Below are positions 40,472 to 50,320 of a stretch of 64,000 nt of DNA, in pieces (position 1 is the stretch's first letter; each line of letters opens with the position of its first letter). The notes below the pieces were generated by a model, which had not been told where the DNA came from, ran no database searches, and saw nothing but the letters and a program-made list of their open reading frames with translations. The stretch spans positions 770,445-834,444 of the forward strand of contig OZ252239.1 of the NCBI GenBank assembly GCA_965249485.1. The letters are read 5' to 3'. The position numbers and the translations under genes are program-made. The stretch comes from a bacterium (GTDB lineage: Bacteria; SM23-31).

Positions 40472-42283
40472 ATGAAACGTTTGAATAAATTTCGAAGTGA
40501 AGTGGGTGCGTGGGCTGTTCGGAATCCAAAAATAGTGCTTGTTATTCTGGCGTTATGTGTTCTTTACGGTTATTTTCATTTCGGATTAGAGAATTCGTCC
40601 TGGATGGTTACGGCATGGCGTGTCGTAACGCTGCTCGGAATTGTAGTGCTTGTTGTATCCCCGTATGACAGGATAAAAGCGGTTAGGATTGAGCAGAAAA
40701 CAGCCGAACCACACGAAGAGATAATCTCGGTTGACAAAGAGGCCGACAGTTTATCATTTCCTGGTTTGTCAGATACATATTTCTTTCAAAACAGGCGTAA
40801 TATCGAGAAAGATTACAATCTCTTTCTATCAAAAATTCTGACGGTAATCAAAAGGACATTTGCAGGACATACGGCGGCATTTTATCTCTATGATGTCAAT
40901 ACCGATTCGCTGAATGCGAAAAGTATTGTCTCCGAGGATGAGCATACCATACAAAGTGGTGACATAGGATCTGAAGAGAAAATATTCGGGAAAATATTCC
41001 AACGGAACAGTCCGTATTATTCGAATGAAAGAGATGAAGTTCAGAATCTCCAGCCGTTTTACACAAACGGAAATTCGGTATCGTCTCTTGTAGCGGCACC
41101 GGTAGTAATTGAGGATGAAATCCGGGGAGTTGTCGTAATCGACTGTGTTGAAAAAAATGCCTACTCGGATGAAGACATGCCGCTGATTGAATCGTATGCA
41201 GGCATTATTGCGGAAACAATTGTTAATTATAATAGTCTGTCCGAGTTTGAACTTTCTGCACAGTTGTTTTCATATTTTTACGAAGTCAGCAGAGGCCTGA
41301 TTTCAAATTTGAAATTCAATGAGATTCTCGATCTTTTGGTTTCTGTTATGAAGGATGTAATCGACTACGACAGACTTACGATATCAGAGTATACTACCGA
41401 TAGTGATGAGGCAAAGATTATCCGGGTGAGTGGGCAAATTGATGATTTTCCCGAAAATACTGTTTTCCCTCTTGATGAAGGGTTGACCGGGTGGATTATC
41501 CGGAATAAAAAAACAAAACTGATGGCAGATATCGAACAGAATGAATATTTTCTACCCCGGTACCATTCAAATGAGAAAACGAACTATAATCTCAGGTCGT
41601 TTCTCGGTGTGCCGGTTAGTTACCATAAAGTCTGTTTTGGAACGATTACAGTTGAGAGTGCTAAACCCGATAAATATTCAGTACGGGATGAGAAAATTCT
41701 AACAATTCTCGCAAACAACTTTGGTGTTGCGCTTGAACGGGGACATGCATTACAGCAGCTCGAACTGCAGGCAACAACTGACGGACTAACCCAACTTTAT
41801 AACTATCGGATGTTCATGCAGCGGATAGCAAACGAAGTTGAGCGGTCCGTACGTTATGATCAGAAATTCACCCTGCTAATGGTCGATATCGACCATTTTA
41901 AGCAGGTCAACGACACCTACGGGCATCGTGCCGGCGATAAAGTCTTGATGCAGGTTGCATCGACGATCAAAAAAAGCTCAAGAAATGTCGACTTTGTATC
42001 CAGGTATGGCGGGGAAGAATTTGCTGTAATCTTAGTAGAAACCTCGCTTAAGGACGCATTATATACTGCCGAACGTATCCGGGAAAATATCGCAAACTTG
42101 AATACAACGTATGAGAAGAATGTTCTGGATGTAACGGTCAGCATCGGTGCTGTTGAATTCCCGAATAATTCGAAAGAGGGTGAAACGCTGATTCATGAGG
42201 CTGACATGGCGTTATATGAAGCGAAATCAAAAGGACGGAACAGAATTGTAACAGTTGATTCGGTAAAACACTCTATTTCCTAA
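40472..42283 (+). CDS. Membrane-anchored GAF-domain diguanylate cyclase (GGDEF)
   Basis: Two N-terminal TM helices, two GAF-like regions. GGDEF domain with RYGGEEF active site and RxxD I-site-like motif. Confidence 0.9.
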   Translation: MKRLNKFRSEVGAWAVRNPKIVLVILALCVLYGYFHFGLENSSWMVTAWRVVTLLGIVVLVVSPYDRIKAVRIEQKTAEPHEEIISVDKEADSLSFPGLSDTYFFQNRRNIEKDYNLFLSKILTVIKRTFAGHTAAFYLYDVNTDSLNAKSIVSEDEHTIQSGDIGSEEKIFGKIFQRNSPYYSNERDEVQNLQPFYTNGNSVSSLVAAPVVIEDEIRGVVVIDCVEKNAYSDEDMPLIESYAGIIAETIVNYNSLSEFELSAQLFSYFYEVSRGLISNLKFNEILDLLVSVMKDVIDYDRLTISEYTTDSDEAKIIRVSGQIDDFPENTVFPLDEGLTGWIIRNKKTKLMADIEQNEYFLPRYHSNEKTNYNLRSFLGVPVSYHKVCFGTITVESAKPDKYSVRDEKILTILANNFGVALERGHALQQLELQATTDGLTQLYNYRMFMQRIANEVERSVRYDQKFTLLMVDIDHFKQVNDTYGHRAGDKVLMQVASTIKKSSRNVDFVSRYGGEEFAVILVETSLKDALYTAERIRENIANLNTTYEKNVLDVTVSIGAVEFPNNSKEGETLIHEADMALYEAKSKGRNRIVTVDSVKHSIS

Positions 42284-42294
42284 TTTAACAACAC

Positions 42295-43331
42295 ATGATA
42301 CACAATATATTACATAGATTACGAATTTCCGGCTTACTTACCGTCGGAATAGTTATTGTGCTGTCGAACATTGCTCCGGCAAATGCACAAGAGGGATTGA
42401 ATCACGAAAAAGAAAGCAGTATATCAATTACAACTGCTGCATATGAAGAATTTGATGCCAACCTGATTCCGTCACCGCTCTTGAAAGTAAATACAGCAAA
42501 AATCAGCCATTTTCTGCTCGTCGACAAATCGAAGCAAGATCTGTATCTTTATAAATATGACGGACGATTCCACAGGATTAAGACATACGATTGTACAACC
42601 GGAGCAAATCTCGGTGATAAACGGGAAACCGGTGACTTGAAAACCCCTGAAGGTATTTACTTTTTTACCGATGTTTGGGAAGAAACCGATCTTATCAGGC
42701 GGTATGGAAAAATGGAAGCAGCACAGTATGGTGTCCGCGCATTCAATACCAACTATCCGAATGTGATTGATAAACAGAACAATAAGAACGGTTATGGCAT
42801 CTGGCTCCATGCATCAGATAAACCAGAACGGATAAAACAACCGTACGACACAATAAAGGATGCATTGTTGTCCGTAACGGAGATATGGACGATCTCACAT
42901 CCTATATCTCACTTGAAGAGACACCGATCATTATCGTGAAAAAACTTGATTTTCTTCGGGAAGATGCAGTTGAGCAGGAGCAGGAGCGGATACTGCAATA
43001 TATCGAAGCATGGCGTTCGAGCTGGGAGTCGGCAGAAATTGAGTGGTACCGAGAGTTTTATTCGCACCAATTTCTTAGTAATGACCGTACTTATGACGAA
43101 TGGGTTGACTACAAACAGTTGATTTTTCCAAACTATTCGTGGATAAAGATTGCACTCTCCGATTTTCAAATTCTCAAATTTGATGACTATTATTTGGTTG
43201 AATTTCATCAAAACTTTCAATTGGATATTTATACAGATTCGGGTAAGAAAAAGCTTTATATCAATAATGACGGTGAGAATCTGACGATAATTTCTGAACT
43301 TTGGGATGCCGGTGGCGCCGGTATAAATTAA
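42295..43331 (+). pseudogene. L,D-transpeptidase (YkuD family) with a C-terminal NTF2-like domain; frameshifted between His and Cys of the catalytic motif (A-run at about 42834)
   Basis: Signal peptide. ...YGIWLHAS in ORF1, and the catalytic NKGCIVVRNGDMDDL only in the -1 frame leading into ORF 42885..43331. Inserting one A in GATAAAACAACC restores ...ERIKTTVRHNKGCIVV. Confidence 0.7.
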
Positions 43332-43383
43332 TCGCCCTGAATAGGGTCGATACCATATGTTTAATTTATTTTGAGGCTTTAAA

Positions 43384-44137
43384 ATGTCAGAAGAAAACAT
43401 TACCGTAATGATTCTAAATGGTGTCAAACGGGTCCGCAGTATCAAGGTGAACCGGAAAAGGATCCGGTTTGCGGTATGGGGTGGGTCAGTATTTGCATTC
43501 CTTTTTGCAATCTCCATCAGCCTCAATGTGTATCAATATGTATTTTTAAATGGGGCTGAACAATTTGCCCGGACCGATACCGGGGAAGCTGAGCCTGCCG
43601 GTGAAGTGCAAGCTGCTATCGGAACCAATGGAAATAGTCAGGATAGATTTACGGCAAATGGCAGTGGGCAGAAAGCAAGTAATGGTACAAATCACAGCAC
43701 AGCTGATAATGGTAATCCTCTTTTCGAAGAGGCTGATTATTTTGCCGGCGATAAATCTTCAACTGTTGTTAGGATTGGTAGACCTGAAAGAATCGGTTAA
43801 GCTCAACGGTGCTGAACTGAATTTTACTTTCAGTATTTACAAGAAGGATATTCCACAGGAAGCTGTTTCAGGCAGGTTTGTGGTTCTTGCGAAAACATCG
43901 GATGCAAGCAATCCGTTCCTGAGCTATCCGCAGGTTGACGTCAATCCCGACGGATCGATTAAGAACTTTGTGAACGGGGAAAGTTTTTTTATGCGCAATC
44001 TGACAATCAAAGAAGGACAAATTCTCCTCGTTGACAGAACATCGGAATTCAAATATTACAGAATTCTTATCTACTCTAATACAGGTGAGCTTCTCCTCGG
44101 ACAAACCACGCTAATCGACAATAATATGATCAATTAA
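43384..44137 (+). CDS. Hypothetical single-TM protein, possibly frameshifted near 43760-43800
   Basis: Two overlapping ORFs (43384..43800 and 43550..44137) in different frames. TM segment FAVWGGSVFAFLFAISISL. No family recognised. Confidence 0.3.
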
Positions 44138-44218
44138 ATTGGATGTGAATAACTGAGTTCGGAGAGCTGAGACAATCATTATTTTCATCAGAATTGCCTT
44201 ATCAGTATTAAAATCAAA

Positions 44219-46074
44219 GTGATGCTTATAAAATCCACATATGACCTGATCTTTCTTGCAAGGAGAATATTCACAATTATCGGATTGTGTGCAGGCATGA
44301 TAACAATAGTGTCATCACTGCAAGCGAATACGTTGCTGGAAGTGTATTTCAAAAACACGGAGTATGAACTCAATATTTACCGGATTTCCGGTACTGAGCC
44401 CGGTCCCACGATACTTATTATCGGCGGTATCCATAATGAGCCGGGTGGGTACCTTACGGCAGACTCATACGTTGATATAGCACTTAAGCGAGGAAATCTT
44501 ATTGTTGTGCCGCGCGCAAACTTTCAAACAATTATCGAAGATGTGCGGGGTGTTTTGGGAGACATGAACCGGCTGTTCAATCTTGATGAACCGCGATTCG
44601 AAAACGACCATGCAATGGAAATAGTTGAAATTCTCAAAGGACTTATTGCCGAAAGTGATATGATGCTCAACCTGCACGACGGATGGGGGTTCTATAGAGA
44701 TGATTATATCGACGAAATGCACAATCCACTGAGGCTTGGTCAGTCTATTATTGCCGATACTGATGTTTATACCATTCCGGGATCAGATCAGCAAATTCAG
44801 CTTCGAAGTATCAGCGAAAAAATATGTACAACAGTAAATTCTCAGATTGAAAACGGAGAACACACATTTCGATTTAATAACCACAACACCTACTCGGAAG
44901 AGAGTGCACACACAGACCAGCGGGGTCTGCCACATTCTACGCGCTTTCGAGTCATCATATTCCGGCATTCGGTATTGAGACATCAAAAAACATAACAGAT
45001 GTTGAATTGCTTGTCCGGTATCAGACAATTGTTGTCAATGCATTTTTCGAGGAATTCGGCGTTATTCGCGATGTTGTCCGCAAACCGATTACGGAACCGC
45101 GACTGCTATTCATCGCAGCATCGATCAACGGTCATCAGCCCAGGTTGTTTCTCAATAATGAAACAGTGTATCTGAAACGTGGTGACACGGTTAATATTGA
45201 ACATATCGAAGCAAATTATGAGCGCGGTGTTTTTGCAGATATTGAACATTATGGCAATACGAACGATCTGGGGAACGATTTAGCGATTTTCAGTAATGCG
45301 TCAATTCTTGTTAAAAAAGATAATGCAACATTCGGCACAGTAAATATAGAAATATCCGAAAACGGTACGGAAGCAATTGGTGCAACGAACGGACACAATT
45401 CAGTACCCGTCGTGGAGCGGTTTATCGTCGATGTTAACGGGTTCATACAGGACATTCCGGCTTCGGGAACACTCACTATAGTAAAAGGGGATGTGGTGCG
45501 GCTGATCGATACAAGCCCGGCTATGGAAATATTTCCAAATGCGTATGTCAATCTTTTTGGATTCTGGTCAAAGGAGCAGCAGAAAAACACAGGTGACGAC
45601 CGGAATCTCCTGATTAACACATCGACCGATCTGGATTCGAAATATTCAGTGAGAGAACAGGGTGTAGAATATGAAATTCGATTGGAAAACGACTCGGAAG
45701 TGTTCTCGAAAATGCGGCTAAAATTGATCGAACCCGAGTTAAAACATCTTGTACTGAAATTTGATAACGGAAATATGGGGTATTTGAAAAACGGTGAAAC
45801 TTATACATTCTCCAATGAACATATATTTGAAATTGTAGATGTAAAAACAACAATACCTAACAACAGTAGTGTCCGAGTGAAAATCAACGGATTTGTTGGG
45901 AACGGTGTGGGAAGTGATATGTACACACCGATCGATATAGCAATGGAGCTTCTTCCTGAATATTCAGTCGATAAACATGGAAGGACCTTTGTGGTAGAAG
46001 TGCTCTACCGGGGAGAACAGATCGGAACAGCATATCTTATCCTCAGTAATGAAGTATACGAAAATAATAGATAA
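44219..46074 (+). pseudogene. M14/AstE-AspA-like zinc carboxypeptidase domain fused to a long beta-rich repeat region; frameshifted at a G4 run (about 44921-44924)
   Basis: GGIHNEPGG (HxxE zinc motif), and ...ATFYALSSHHIPAFGIETSKN (the sfTlE motif of M14) present only in the -1 frame continuing into ORF 45007..46074. Adding one G restores ...DQRGSATFYAL.... C-terminal region with three repeated about 50-aa modules. Confidence 0.65.
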
Positions 46075-46216
46075 CTAAAATACATACTACTATTAAGGCT
46101 GATCTGAATTGATTAGACTGCTTTGTAATATGCTTCATCGGGAATTAAAGAGTGCTCGATAGAATGAAGTTTACATGCTGAATAATTAAATTGGAAGGCT
46201 GAGAAAAGGAAGTAAC

Positions 46217-46414
46217 GTGGCAAAAAAAACAAAAACATTTGCAGAAAAAGCGGCTGGCGGAAAATCTTTCAGCCAAGTCTGTCCCGAATGCGGAACCGCT
46301 TTTACAGCTATACTTGTTGTTGATTCTGAAAAAAATGAAGCGACAGGAGCATGGAAATTTACGAATACTCAAACAAAAGTGTGCAATTGCAACGAATCAA
46401 AGGTCTACGCCTAA
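46217..46414 (+). CDS. Small zinc-ribbon protein
   Basis: 65 aa, GTG start with RBS GAAAAGGAAG. CPECG...CNCN Cys pairs. Confidence 0.4.
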   Translation: MAKKTKTFAEKAAGGKSFSQVCPECGTAFTAILVVDSEKNEATGAWKFTNTQTKVCNCNESKVYA

Positions 46415-46546
46415 AAAAACAATGTTCTTTAGAACAATGAAGTAAGCAGACTTTCCTCAGAGTCGGGAAATACTCTGCCGATAATTGATGCCGGAATGAC
46501 ATAGATCGTAACTTGATCCAAAGAGCGAAACAGGTACTTTACATCC

Positions 46547-47605
46547 ATGGACATAACAGAACTTCTGACGTTTACGAATCAGGCGGGAGGATCCGATCTC
46601 CATATTAGTGCCGGATCACCACCTATGATCCGTGTACACGGTGAAATGCGGAAACTGAAAATCCAGATGCTCACCAATGAAGATATTCATCATTTCATTT
46701 ACGATATAATGAATGATGAACAGAAGAAAATCTTCGAAGAGCATAAGGAGCTCGATTTCTCTCGCCAGCTTGGTAATATTGCCCGGTTCCGGGTTAATGT
46801 CTTTTACAACCAGAATGGCGAAGCAGAAGTTTTTCGGACAATTCCGACAAAAATATTAACTGCCGAAGAACTGAATCTTCCGCCGGTCCTGATAGATCTT
46901 GCTAAAAAGGAAAAAGGTGTTGTTCTCGTGACCGGTCCGACAGGAAGCGGAAAATCGACTACACTCGCAGCGCTGATTGACTACATCAATAAGAACATGC
47001 GAGGTCATATTCTGACGATCGAAGATCCGATCGAGTTCCAGCACGAAAGTAAAATGTGTTTGGTAAATCAACGGGAAGTAGGACCGCATACTAAATCGTT
47101 TTCCAACGCACTGAGAAGCGCTCTGCGTGAGGATCCTGATATTATTCTCGTCGGTGAGATGCGCGATCTAGAAACAATTTCGCTTGCCATCACTGCCGCC
47201 GAAACTGGCCATCTCATTTTCGGAACACTCCACACTTCGAGTGCTGCAAAAACAGTAGACCGTATTATCAATGTTTTCCCGCCCGACCAACAGGCACAGA
47301 TCGGATCAATGTTTGCAGAATCGGTCGAAGGTGTTGTAGCGCAGAAGCTTGTCCCTCGGAAGGATGGTAAATGGCGGGTAGCGGCAATGGAAATCATGAT
47401 CGGCACAACAGCTGTGCGCAATCTGATCCGTGAAGGAAAGACCTTTCAAATTCCGTCAATTATCCAGACCGGACAGGAACAGGGTATGCAGAGTATGGAC
47501 AGCGCATTGAAAAAGCTTGTCAATGACGGTATTGTCGATCCGGAGGTTGCTTTAATTTATGCATTCGACAAAAAAAGCTTCAAAGCTGGTGTCGGAATGA
47601 TGTAA
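46547..47605 (+). CDS. pilT: Type IV pilus retraction ATPase PilT
   Basis: Walker A GPTGSGKSTT, Asp and His boxes, and collinearity with PilT including the N-terminal GGSDLHI motif. Confidence 0.95.
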   Translation: MDITELLTFTNQAGGSDLHISAGSPPMIRVHGEMRKLKIQMLTNEDIHHFIYDIMNDEQKKIFEEHKELDFSRQLGNIARFRVNVFYNQNGEAEVFRTIPTKILTAEELNLPPVLIDLAKKEKGVVLVTGPTGSGKSTTLAALIDYINKNMRGHILTIEDPIEFQHESKMCLVNQREVGPHTKSFSNALRSALREDPDIILVGEMRDLETISLAITAAETGHLIFGTLHTSSAAKTVDRIINVFPPDQQAQIGSMFAESVEGVVAQKLVPRKDGKWRVAAMEIMIGTTAVRNLIREGKTFQIPSIIQTGQEQGMQSMDSALKKLVNDGIVDPEVALIYAFDKKSFKAGVGMM

Positions 47606-47716
47606 ATATTTGTATCTAAATTATCAATTAATAAAAGATTAGTGAATCCCACATTCTTGTGTTGTGCTTTGTAGTCAATTAAAAAATAAACATACTTAAA
47701 GAATTTTTCCCGCTGA

Positions 47717-48331
47717 ATGTCTGTCGTAATTCATAAATTATTGGTAGCAACCGGAAATAAGGGGAAACTTAAAGAAATTACAGCACTCCTCAACGGAGCG
47801 GTAGCGACGTTCCTTACATTGGGCGATCTGAGTGAATCTGAAGATGTGGAAGAGACCGGTTCAACGTTCGAAGAGAATGCTGTCCTCAAGGCGGAACATT
47901 TTTTTAATCTGACAGGAATAGTCACTTGTGCCGACGATTCCGGACTTGAAGTAGATGCTTTAAACGGCAGACCGGGCGTTTACTCTGCCCGTTATGCAGG
48001 AGAACAGGTTTCAGATGAAGATAATAATAGAAAACTGCTTGCAGAATTGGGCACAGTGCCGGAGGGAAGGCGGACCGCACGGTTTGTCTGTGCTGTGGCA
48101 TTTGCCGCGCAAGGCAACACTAAAATATTCAGGGGTGTAGTTGAAGGGGCAATAGCGCGTGAAGCACTGGGCATTCACGGATTTGGATACGATCCTTTGT
48201 TTATTCCTGACGGATATAACAAATCATTTGCAGAGCTCGGCGCAGAAATCAAGAATACCATGAGCCACCGCTTTCGTGCACTAAAAAAACTGCAAGAATA
48301 TGTGATGGCATTTGCTAATAAACCAATTTAA
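47717..48331 (+). CDS. rdgB: Non-canonical purine NTP pyrophosphatase (RdgB/HAM1, XTP/dITP diphosphatase)
   Basis: LLVATGNKGKLKEI..., SGLEVDALNGRPGVYSARYAG, FGYDPLFIP and other family motifs. Confidence 0.9.
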   Translation: MSVVIHKLLVATGNKGKLKEITALLNGAVATFLTLGDLSESEDVEETGSTFEENAVLKAEHFFNLTGIVTCADDSGLEVDALNGRPGVYSARYAGEQVSDEDNNRKLLAELGTVPEGRRTARFVCAVAFAAQGNTKIFRGVVEGAIAREALGIHGFGYDPLFIPDGYNKSFAELGAEIKNTMSHRFRALKKLQEYVMAFANKPI

Positions 48332-48434
48332 TTTGTATACAGTAAATATATTGTCACGTTAACCGGAATCTTGACTTGAATTTTACATTCGAGAAGAAGT
48401 GGAGAAAACACAGAAGGTAATATTACATTAAGAT

Positions 48435-49181
48435 TTGAGAAATAGGAATAAACCACATTTCTGGAAAAACCATGGGAAAAAAATCGATCCGATCACCTTT
48501 ACGTATACATTCCGTTTCGATAATGGGGACAATAAGGAATTTTCTGTTCAACTTGAGCGTAAGACATTGAATCTCATCAAGGACAAGCCAAAATCTCCGC
48601 CGGAATGGACCGATCTTGACCACTATAAGTGTCCTAACTGTCCGCTAAAAAAAGAATCTCATCCCCATTGCCCGGTCGCTTTGAATATTGTCGAACTCAT
48701 TGATTTTTTTAAAGAGGGCCACTCCTATGATGAAGTACAGGTGATTGTTGAAACAGAATCAAGGACATTTTCAAAGAAAACATCGCTCCAATATGGGGTG
48801 AGTTCTATTCTCGGAATCTTCATGGTAACGAGTGGGTGCCCCATTTTGAACAAAATTCGGCCAAAGGTCCGGTATCACCTCCCCTTTACAACGCTCGATG
48901 AAGGTGCGTTTCGGATTTTGTCGATTTATCTTCTTGCACAATATTTTAATAAGCAGAAAGGGAAAGATCCGGACTGGGATTTAAAAAAACTGACAAAAAT
49001 TTACGAAGATATCCACCTTGTTAACAAAAGTTTCTGGCAGCGCCTCTCACACATTAAAATGAAGGATGTCAGCCTCAATGCTCTCGTCATTCTCGACAGT
49101 TTTGCCGGGCACCTGACTTTTAAACTCGATGAGCAACAGTTGTCTGATATTGAGCTCCTCTGCGAAACATACTTTGATTAA
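48435..49181 (+). CDS. Hypothetical protein with a CPxCP...HPHCP metal-binding-like motif
   Basis: 248-aa ORF with YKCPNCPLKKESHPHCPVA. No family recognised. Start uncertain. Confidence 0.45.
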   Translation: MRNRNKPHFWKNHGKKIDPITFTYTFRFDNGDNKEFSVQLERKTLNLIKDKPKSPPEWTDLDHYKCPNCPLKKESHPHCPVALNIVELIDFFKEGHSYDEVQVIVETESRTFSKKTSLQYGVSSILGIFMVTSGCPILNKIRPKVRYHLPFTTLDEGAFRILSIYLLAQYFNKQKGKDPDWDLKKLTKIYEDIHLVNKSFWQRLSHIKMKDVSLNALVILDSFAGHLTFKLDEQQLSDIELLCETYFD

Positions 49182-49190
49182 TTCGTACAT

Positions 49191-49901
49191 TTGAACTTAC
49201 ACACTGTATCCATGAAATCTGTTCAGACTATTCTTAACCGACTCCATTTCCTCGCAGATCCAAAAAATGTCAAAGGGATGGCGCGATATGGAATCAGCAC
49301 ACGTTCGACGCTTGGTGTTCCTGTTCCAGAATTGAGAAACCTTGCGAGGGAAATCGGTACGAATCATACATTTGCGGTAGAGCTCTGGGATTCAGGTATA
49401 CATGAGGCACAAATTCTCGCTTCTATCATCGACGACCCTGCGGACGTCAGCGGAGACCAGCTTGAGCAATGGGTGCTCAAAATCGATTCGTGGGATGTGT
49501 GTGACCAGCTTTGCGGCAACCTGATCGAAAAAACACTTTATGCCTATAATAAAGCCTCCGAATGGAGTCTGCGGGAAGAAGAGTTTGTGAAGCGGGCGGG
49601 ATTTTCACTTATGGCGCGCCTTACCGTCTCCGATAAAAAGGCACCGGATGAAACGTTTCATCCGTTCTTGCGGCGCATCATTGAAGAAGCGGATGATGAG
49701 CGGAATTATGTAAAAAAAGCGGTGAGCTGGGCACTTCGGAATATCGGAAAGCGGAATCTTACACTTCACAAAAAAGCACTCAGCACAGCCGAACGGATCC
49801 TCCGGAAAGATTCAAAATCCGCCCGTTGGATCGCTCGCGATGCCATCCGTGAACTCACGAGTGAGAAAACCATCAGCTTAATTCGTCGAAAAAATAAATA
49901 G
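49191..49901 (+). CDS. DNA alkylation repair enzyme (AlkD/AlkC-like HEAT-repeat glycosylase family)
   Basis: LADPKNVKGMARYGI...VPVPELRNLAREIG...WDVCDQLC...YVKKAVSWALRNIGKRN match the DNA_alkylation family. Confidence 0.8.
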   Translation: MNLHTVSMKSVQTILNRLHFLADPKNVKGMARYGISTRSTLGVPVPELRNLAREIGTNHTFAVELWDSGIHEAQILASIIDDPADVSGDQLEQWVLKIDSWDVCDQLCGNLIEKTLYAYNKASEWSLREEEFVKRAGFSLMARLTVSDKKAPDETFHPFLRRIIEEADDERNYVKKAVSWALRNIGKRNLTLHKKALSTAERILRKDSKSARWIARDAIRELTSEKTISLIRRKNK

Positions 49902-50147
49902 TATGCCAATCCGGGATTGTGCAGAAAACTTTTAAATAATTGTAATGTTACTGATTGTTTAAAAATGCAATGCAGAGATTGCAACGTTGCAATTTCTGGG
50001 ACTAAATAATTAACGTATGTTCAAATCCCGCTTTTAGAAATTGCTGTACAAATAACTTGCTATTATAAACAGCAAATAGTATATTATAGTAATAATCGAC
50101 ACAAGGAAAGCACTATAAGAAAAATTTAATATAGATATAAAAAGAGC

Positions 50148-50222
50148 GCATTACGGGGTGGTTTTAGAAACCTGAGATTAAACCCTTTGAACCTGATCTG
50201 GGTAATTCCAGCGGAGGAAAAT
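50148..50222 (+). promoter_or_regulatory. TPP (thiamine pyrophosphate) riboswitch aptamer
   Basis: ACGGGGTGG...CTGAGA...ACCCTTTGAACCTGATCTGGGTAATTCCAGCGGAGGAAA matches THI-box conserved blocks (GGGGUGC, CUGAGA, ACCC..GAACCUGAUCUGGnUAAUACCAGCGnAGGGAA). Confidence 0.85.
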
Positions 50223-50249
50223 GCACATTGCACATTTTTTCAGGAATCG

Positions 50250-50287
50250 TAACCGCTTTTTATTTACAAGAGCGGTTTTTTTATTGC
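50250..50287 (+). terminator. Riboswitch expression-platform terminator hairpin
   Basis: AACCGCT...AGCGGTT stem followed by TTTTTTT, 35 nt upstream of the receptor RBS. Confidence 0.6.
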
Positions 50288-50320
50288 ACTATTTAACAGT
50301 ATCTTAAAGGAGGTTTTGTA

